Source: Tetramitus jugosus
Lineage: Eukaryota > Protista > Heterolobosea
Length of the DNA: 64,000 nucleotides
Direction: 5' to 3'
Assembly: GCA_937625935.1 (NCBI GenBank)
Contig: OW569349.1
Coordinates: forward strand, 124,001-188,000
In this document: positions 58,219 through 64,000 of the stretch, in pieces
How positions within the stretch are numbered: the first letter of the stretch is position 1
Layout: each line of letters starts with the position of its first letter
Notes under the pieces: model-generated
Seen by the model: the letters and a program-made list of their open reading frames with translations, nothing else
Databases searched by the model: none
Told to the model about the DNA's origin: nothing
Made by a program: the position numbers and the translations under genes

Positions 58219-60435
58219 ATGACATTGAATCATCATCATCCAAACAATCACAACGACCATAATCATCATCGCATAGATTATTCAAAAGCAATAGCGACAA
58301 CAAGTGCACCAACCAATCATCATCATCGCAACAACAACAACAATAACAATACTCAACAAGGCAATGAAGACGATCCAACAACCATCACTTCTTTTGTCGA
58401 TCCCATCATCACAACAAACACCACTGACACATCATTAACAACAATCATATCAAACATGGATGCACACTTGCACAAGCATCACAACAACAATAATAATAAC
58501 AACAACAACAATAACAACGTGAACAATTATAGTAAAACACTGATTCAATTACCAATGGAATCAATTGTACACTGTCTATCCTTCTTGCACTCCAAAGACA
58601 TTTTCAACAGTGTCATACCAGTGTGTCAACTGTTTCAGCGGTTGTCTCATACGAGGCAATTGTGGGACAGTGTTTTTTTCTGCACACTCAAAAACGCTAA
58701 TGTGTCTCCAGAGGTGCTCGATCAATTTCCAATCAGACACATTATTGTGAACTCTAAGCAGTTTTCAATTGTCAATTTGATTCGTATGAACAGTGGATTA
58801 GATGCATTGAGAAGTGTCATTTTGAGTTCAATTGTCATTGATTATCGAAACTTTATCTACATGATGAACGTGTTGACGAATATGGAGAGATTGACACTTG
58901 ACAGGTGTAAAGTGATTAATTATTTTGAGCCGCCAATGGAAGACAGTTTAATTACGAATCGTTTTGAACGGTTGACCGTGTTGGAGTGCAAGGGATTGCA
59001 AGGCGACTATGAAACAAAGCTTAAGATTCTTCAGATTATTGTTTCAAGGTGCAAGAATGTGACGAGTTTGACCATGAGCAAAAACAGTCCACTTTTGCTT
59101 CAGGAGATGATTTATCAAAAGTTTCATCCAGAGATGCAACTCGAGAGTCTATCATTGGAAGAGGAATACTTGTTTGCTCAGAATCAGGAGACACACGTTC
59201 TCGATCAATTCTTTCAGAGTCATTGCAATCGTCGATTGAAGAAGCTTTCGTTGGTGAATTGCAGACACAGGTTCGACACGATGCTCTCTCACTGTTCTCA
59301 CACGTTAGAGTACTTGATTGTTGTCAGTGGATTCTGGCATCATCCGTTCAATGAATTACCGTATCCAACGCTGCCATTGCTCGCTCGATTAACAATGATT
59401 AGTTGTCATATTCAAGTTGTTGAGAGAATTCTATCGGATTGCGTTTCTGAAAATATATTGCAGATCAAGTTGGCTGGTCCATCCAGAAATCATCAATGCA
59501 ATGTTTTCTTCCGTACGCCGAAACTGAAATCATTGAAATCAAACTATGCACTGCCTTTTCCAACGCTGGCACCGATCATTATGACATGTGACAAGAGTTT
59601 GGAGTGTCTTGAATTTGCATTCGCAAAGAGAACGTTACTCACATTTGATCCCTGGCATCCTGTTGCTCTTTCGCTGAGTGACTCACTCGTGCACTTGAGT
59701 ATGGACAATGTTCGATTCGATGATCAATGGTGGTTACTCAAACTATTGCGTGATCTCAAGCGATTAGAAACATTGCGAGTAGAGACAGCTTCAAGCGAGG
59801 CATCAGAATCAGAGGAAACATGTGTCATTATACCGCATGACTGTTTGCTTCGTGTTCTTGTCTTGGAGGATTGCGATATAACAGCAGAGTGCTTTGATCG
59901 GGTACTGCAGTATTGTGGTTCTCAACTCTTTAGATTCTCCTGCGATTTCAGTTATGACAAGAAGGGCGTGGTTTCAGAGAAGATGCAATCAATAGCTTTG
60001 CAATGCGAGGAAGCTTACTTAACCATCAATTGCATGGATCAAGTTCCAGCGAGATTGGAGCTCTTCTCCTACGATCTGCCTCTTGTCACAATCAATGTTC
60101 GGGATCTGTCCTTGGAAGATATGGTTCTGTTGACCATTGTTTGTGACAAGGTCAAGAATCTTGAGTTCAACAAGGACCAGGGTGCAATGAACTTTCCAAG
60201 TGAAAGTGCAGAAGCATTGGTCGAGCAAAAGATTGACTATGCCACAATACAGGAAACTATGGCCCACGTGATTACGAATCGAGTTGCAAACCTGAATCAG
60301 CAAGAACGAGAATTACTGTTAACCAAGTACAAATCAATCAACCTGTCATCTGATGTTCGATCTGGAAATATCAAAGGATTGCTCCGTACTCTTGCGATCC
60401 AGAATCCAGATCCAACAGAAGACAATAAACCTTGA
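58219..60435 (+). CDS. F-box / LRR protein
   Basis: LIQLPMESIVHCLSFL..VCQLFQRL..LW followed by LxxLxL repeats. Confidence 0.85.
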   Translation: MTLNHHHPNNHNDHNHHRIDYSKAIATTSAPTNHHHRNNNNNNNTQQGNEDDPTTITSFVDPIITTNTTDTSLTTIISNMDAHLHKHHNNNNNNNNNNNNVNNYSKTLIQLPMESIVHCLSFLHSKDIFNSVIPVCQLFQRLSHTRQLWDSVFFCTLKNANVSPEVLDQFPIRHIIVNSKQFSIVNLIRMNSGLDALRSVILSSIVIDYRNFIYMMNVLTNMERLTLDRCKVINYFEPPMEDSLITNRFERLTVLECKGLQGDYETKLKILQIIVSRCKNVTSLTMSKNSPLLLQEMIYQKFHPEMQLESLSLEEEYLFAQNQETHVLDQFFQSHCNRRLKKLSLVNCRHRFDTMLSHCSHTLEYLIVVSGFWHHPFNELPYPTLPLLARLTMISCHIQVVERILSDCVSENILQIKLAGPSRNHQCNVFFRTPKLKSLKSNYALPFPTLAPIIMTCDKSLECLEFAFAKRTLLTFDPWHPVALSLSDSLVHLSMDNVRFDDQWWLLKLLRDLKRLETLRVETASSEASESEETCVIIPHDCLLRVLVLEDCDITAECFDRVLQYCGSQLFRFSCDFSYDKKGVVSEKMQSIALQCEEAYLTINCMDQVPARLELFSYDLPLVTINVRDLSLEDMVLLTIVCDKVKNLEFNKDQGAMNFPSESAEALVEQKIDYATIQETMAHVITNRVANLNQQERELLLTKYKSINLSSDVRSGNIKGLLRTLAIQNPDPTEDNKP

Positions 60436-60522
60436 CAATATGAAAAACAATCCATCCACAGAAGGCACCAACATTTGTTCAAAAAATAATTTATATGTGT
60501 GGTGTACTACTTACATGGCAAT

Positions 60523-61194
60523 TTACAGGATATTATTCACTTGTAAATGCTTAATAATCTTATCACAATCATAGTCAAACTTGCTCACATCCACTGTAAA
60601 GTCCCACAAGTGACTATACTCCCGATCATACATGTCATAAATATGATCCAAGTGATCTTTGTTTGCCTCATTCAACTGTAGTCTGCTTTCATCCATTCTT
60701 GACTGAATCCGATCCCATACCACATTGACATCCGGTACCTTGAGATACACTGTTGTCAACTCAATGTTACACTCTTTCAATTCTTCAATCGAGTGCTGTA
60801 TCATGTCGGACAAGTGTCTTCCCCGATTGTTCCTTGTGTAGAATACGGCAGAGTACGGCGATCGATCCACAATAATGACTGGATGTTTTGTCGAAGATCC
60901 GCTCTTGCTTGGTGAGTCATCTGACTGTGTGTGAGAGTGTGGTTGTTGTTGTTGTTGGTCAACATCAGCTCCGACAGCAGTGTTGAGGATTCTTTGGAAC
61001 CAGCATGCAGTCCAATAGGTTTCACTGATCAGTGACTGTGGATGAATGGCATTGCTCGTGCATGGAAACGAGTGAATAAAAGCTTCGTCTAGCACTTTGA
61101 ACTTGTTGCTGATGCTAGCTTGTTGTTTAATGTGGGAACACAGAGTGGTTTTACCCGATCCGTGAACACCTTCGATGCATACGACTCTTCTCAT
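60523..61194 (-). CDS. Thymidylate/deoxynucleoside kinase-like P-loop protein
   Basis: VCIEGVHGSGKTT and IIVDRSPYSAVFY. Confidence 0.8.
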   Translation of the reverse strand: MRRVVCIEGVHGSGKTTLCSHIKQQASISNKFKVLDEAFIHSFPCTSNAIHPQSLISETYWTACWFQRILNTAVGADVDQQQQQPHSHTQSDDSPSKSGSSTKHPVIIVDRSPYSAVFYTRNNRGRHLSDMIQHSIEELKECNIELTTVYLKVPDVNVVWDRIQSRMDESRLQLNEANKDHLDHIYDMYDREYSHLWDFTVDVSKFDYDCDKIIKHLQVNNIL

Positions 61195-61403
61195 TGTTTG
61201 TATTGTGTATTGTGTTGTTATCTGTTTGTTTTGAGTGGAACAGTTAACGGAATTGAAGAAGAGCTTTTTCATAACAGCCTGGGAAAACGCCAGCAACAAC
61301 AAGTTTTTCCTCTTCCATCAAACGCTCGACCTCAAAATTTTTCTTTACGTGGCGCCAAAAATTCTTAATTGTCCGCAAATTTCTTCAACCAGAAACAACA
61401 CGC

Positions 61404-63149
61404 ATGATCAACAACAATAACAACAAACAGCAGTCACAACAATCATCAGATGATGACAAAAATGAGCTCATTGATCAATATATTCACACTGTGAATCGAA
61501 AGCTATTGGACTTTGACTTTGAAAAAACATGTTGCGTCACATTGTCCAACGTCAATGTCTACCTGTGTCTCGTCTGTGGCAAATACTATCAAGGAAGATC
61601 ACTCAACACACCAGCATGCATACATGCCATCAATGATGATCATCACATTTTTCTCAATGTCTCCACTGGTGCTCTCTACATTCTACCTGATCAGATACCA
61701 GTATTGATCAAGAAGAATAGAGGAGAGGCATCAACAACAGCAGCAGAAGTGTTGAATGACGTCATTTGTAATTTGAATCCCAGGTATTTGAGTTTGGATC
61801 AAGTCAATCAATTTGATTGTCCATCTTCTCACTATCATCATCATCACAATCACAATCACAGTCGCAATAGTGAAAATGATGATGATGATAAGAATAGTGA
61901 GAATAGTGAGAATAGTGAGATTGTGAATATGAGTGAGAAGAGAGTGGATATCAATGGTCAAGTTTTCTATCCAGGTTATCTCGGATTGAACAATTTGAAG
62001 AACACGGATACGATCAATGTTGTGATTCAATCGTTGAGTCATGTCACATTGATTCGCAACTATTTTCTATTGTTGGAATGGAGTGCAGGGACATCTTCTT
62101 CTTCATTATCAGCATCATCTCCACAGATGATGGTTGTGAATCGATTCGGGGAATTAGTGCGGAAGATTTGGAATGGAAGGACGTTCAAGGGTCATGTCAG
62201 TCCTCATGAGCTGTTGCAGGCGATATCGATTGCGAGTGAAAAGAAGTTTGGTATTGGATTAGAGAGGGATCCAATAGAGTTTTTGACATGGTTTCTCAAC
62301 ATGTTGCACATGTCATTGAGCAGTACTACCGCCACCAAGAGCAATGATACTTCTGTGTCGGTGGTTGCTGCTACTGGTAGTTCTGGTTCTTCACAGCAGG
62401 TGACGGGAGGAACCTTGTCAAAAGCAGGTACGACCAATCTGAAGAGAAAGAAGAGCAGTGAGGGTCGACCGACAAAGAAGCGACGAATTGGTGATCATGA
62501 GCAAAAGACAAGTATTATATCAGAAACATTTCAAGGAATGATTCGTGTCACTCAGGAAACGGTTTCGATTCAGAATAAGGATGACAAGGAAGAGGATGTG
62601 ACTAAGAAGCAACAGAAGAAAAAGACGACTCGTGATGTGCCGTTCATGTATCTTACGCTGGATATACCTCCTGCTCCTCTGTTCAAGGATGAACAGGAGA
62701 GGAACATTATTCCTCAGATTCCAATCTATCAGTTGTTAAACAAGTACAATGGAAAAACAGAGACGATTCAAGCAATTTCAAACAACTTGCTTGAAAAGAA
62801 GACTTATTCGATCACGAAACTGCCAAAGTATTTGATTGTTCACATGAAACGATTCTCTGCCAACAACTTTTTCCATGAGAAGAATCCAACAATTGTGAGT
62901 TTCCCCGTGCAAGGATTGGATCTGGCTTACTGTTGTGCTTGCCCTGAAGGCTCCAACACCAAGTACGATCTGGTGGCCAACATTTGCCATGAGGGAGACG
63001 CCAAGTCTGGATTTTTCAAGGTGCACATTCTCCACAGACCAACCGGGAAGTGGTTAGAAATGCAGGACTTGGATGTGAAGGAGATTATTCCACAAATCGT
63101 AAGTGTTTCCGAAGCCTATATTCAAATTTATGAGCAACAAAAGGAGTAA
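61404..63149 (+). CDS. USP39: U4/U6.U5 tri-snRNP-associated protein 2 (inactive USP)
   Basis: LDFDFEKTCCVTLSNVNVYLCLVCGKYYQGR zinc finger; GLNNLKNTD (Asp in place of catalytic Cys); FKGHVSPHELLQA; EKNPTIV. Confidence 0.93.
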   Translation: MINNNNNKQQSQQSSDDDKNELIDQYIHTVNRKLLDFDFEKTCCVTLSNVNVYLCLVCGKYYQGRSLNTPACIHAINDDHHIFLNVSTGALYILPDQIPVLIKKNRGEASTTAAEVLNDVICNLNPRYLSLDQVNQFDCPSSHYHHHHNHNHSRNSENDDDDKNSENSENSEIVNMSEKRVDINGQVFYPGYLGLNNLKNTDTINVVIQSLSHVTLIRNYFLLLEWSAGTSSSSLSASSPQMMVVNRFGELVRKIWNGRTFKGHVSPHELLQAISIASEKKFGIGLERDPIEFLTWFLNMLHMSLSSTTATKSNDTSVSVVAATGSSGSSQQVTGGTLSKAGTTNLKRKKSSEGRPTKKRRIGDHEQKTSIISETFQGMIRVTQETVSIQNKDDKEEDVTKKQQKKKTTRDVPFMYLTLDIPPAPLFKDEQERNIIPQIPIYQLLNKYNGKTETIQAISNNLLEKKTYSITKLPKYLIVHMKRFSANNFFHEKNPTIVSFPVQGLDLAYCCACPEGSNTKYDLVANICHEGDAKSGFFKVHILHRPTGKWLEMQDLDVKEIIPQIVSVSEAYIQIYEQQKE

Positions 63150-63184
63150 ACACGTATCGATTTATGTAATAATTTAAGTTTTGT

Positions 63185-64000
63185 TTATTGTACATTTTCG
63201 GTAATGGATGTTTGATAATCATAAAGTGTCTCTCGCATGCTGGAGATTCGAGATCTTTGTTCTCTTGTCTCGGTTGACAAAGTGAAGCATTTCACCGCGT
63301 TGTCAAGGTCTCCTTCCATCTCAAAATACACTCCCAGTCTCTCTGTCTCTTGAGCACTCCAGTCTGAAACGGAGGCAGAGAGATAGCGGGCGACAAGGTC
63401 TTCAATTGGTTCCATCTGTTTGCTATGGTCTACACCCGTCTCATCGCTAATGGTTTGGGATCCCTGCTTCACGAGTTGCTTAAGGCGCCTCATGTGTTTC
63501 TTGAACGGTTCACTCGATTTCATGAACGACAAGTAACTCATTTCATAGTATTGCGACTCTCTCGTGGCGTGATAAATTTGCTGGAACATGTCCTCATCAC
63601 TCAAAGTCGCTGCAATCTGGAACGCTTTCTCATAGTATCCATGTCTCAGCGTATAAATAAAGTATCTTCGGTAGAGGTTGTGCAGCTGTGACAGTCTAGA
63701 CGTATTATCTTGCGAGTAGGCATCCAACATGGAGTGTGAGGTCTCTTTGAATAGATTCGCGTATTTGTCTAGGATTATATCCAAATATGCCCTCGCTCTC
63801 ACACCATTGAAATCCACATCCACTTGCCTCAATAAATAATTAACAAATATACAGAGAGCGCAGTACAACTCAGAAGGATTGGATATGTTCCTAATAAGCG
63901 TTCGACTCTCTTCCATACAATTATTATGAATGTGCATTGTTAAGAGGTGAATACTACTCAATGGCTTAATATCGTACATTGAGTGACACAGTGTCAAATC
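63185..64000 (-). CDS. C-terminal part of a WDPCP/Fritz-like ciliogenesis protein (runs off the window)
   Basis: RRYFIYTLRHGYYEKAFQIAATLSDEDMFQQIYH resembles the WDPCP C-terminal RRFFHHLLRY..FEKAFLLA..DLF motif (recalled, not searched). Confidence 0.6.
   Translation of the reverse strand, partial: DLTLCHSMYDIKPLSSIHLLTMHIHNNCMEESRTLIRNISNPSELYCALCIFVNYLLRQVDVDFNGVRARAYLDIILDKYANLFKETSHSMLDAYSQDNTSRLSQLHNLYRRYFIYTLRHGYYEKAFQIAATLSDEDMFQQIYHATRESQYYEMSYLSFMKSSEPFKKHMRRLKQLVKQGSQTISDETGVDHSKQMEPIEDLVARYLSASVSDWSAQETERLGVYFEMEGDLDNAVKCFTLSTETREQRSRISSMRETLYDYQTSITENVQ

Overview
Gene-dense eukaryotic protist DNA with short GT(A)TG..AG spliceosomal introns, CTAAC/CTAAT branch points and CAA-rich low-complexity coding tracts. 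The gene content (AOAH, Zn2Cys6, F-box/G-alpha, RCC1, Cdc123-like, WDPCP) suggests a Naegleria-like heterolobosean; this taxonomic call is inference only. I find about 30 protein genes, one intact tRNA-Leu(AAG) and one tRNA-Asp(GTC) split in two. The main unexplained structure is a tRNA-centred mobile-DNA system. Four 5'-truncated copies of one non-LTR retrotransposon family are stacked two-deep upstream of both tRNA genes. The proximal copies begin 41 and 45 bp upstream, have poly(A) tails and exact 12- and 14-bp target-site duplications, and all four have their 5' end facing the tRNA. Separately, a 997-bp TGT..ACA inverted-repeat element sits inside the A-box/D-arm of the tRNA-Asp gene. Other notable items are an intronless PH-PH-beta-helix CDS inserted into the middle of an F-box/ankyrin gene, a structured GC-rich intron in the carbamoyl-phosphate synthetase gene whose closing helix covers the branch point, and a three-hairpin ncRNA candidate antisense to the AOAH 3' end. 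All alignments and folds were done by eye; no searches were run.
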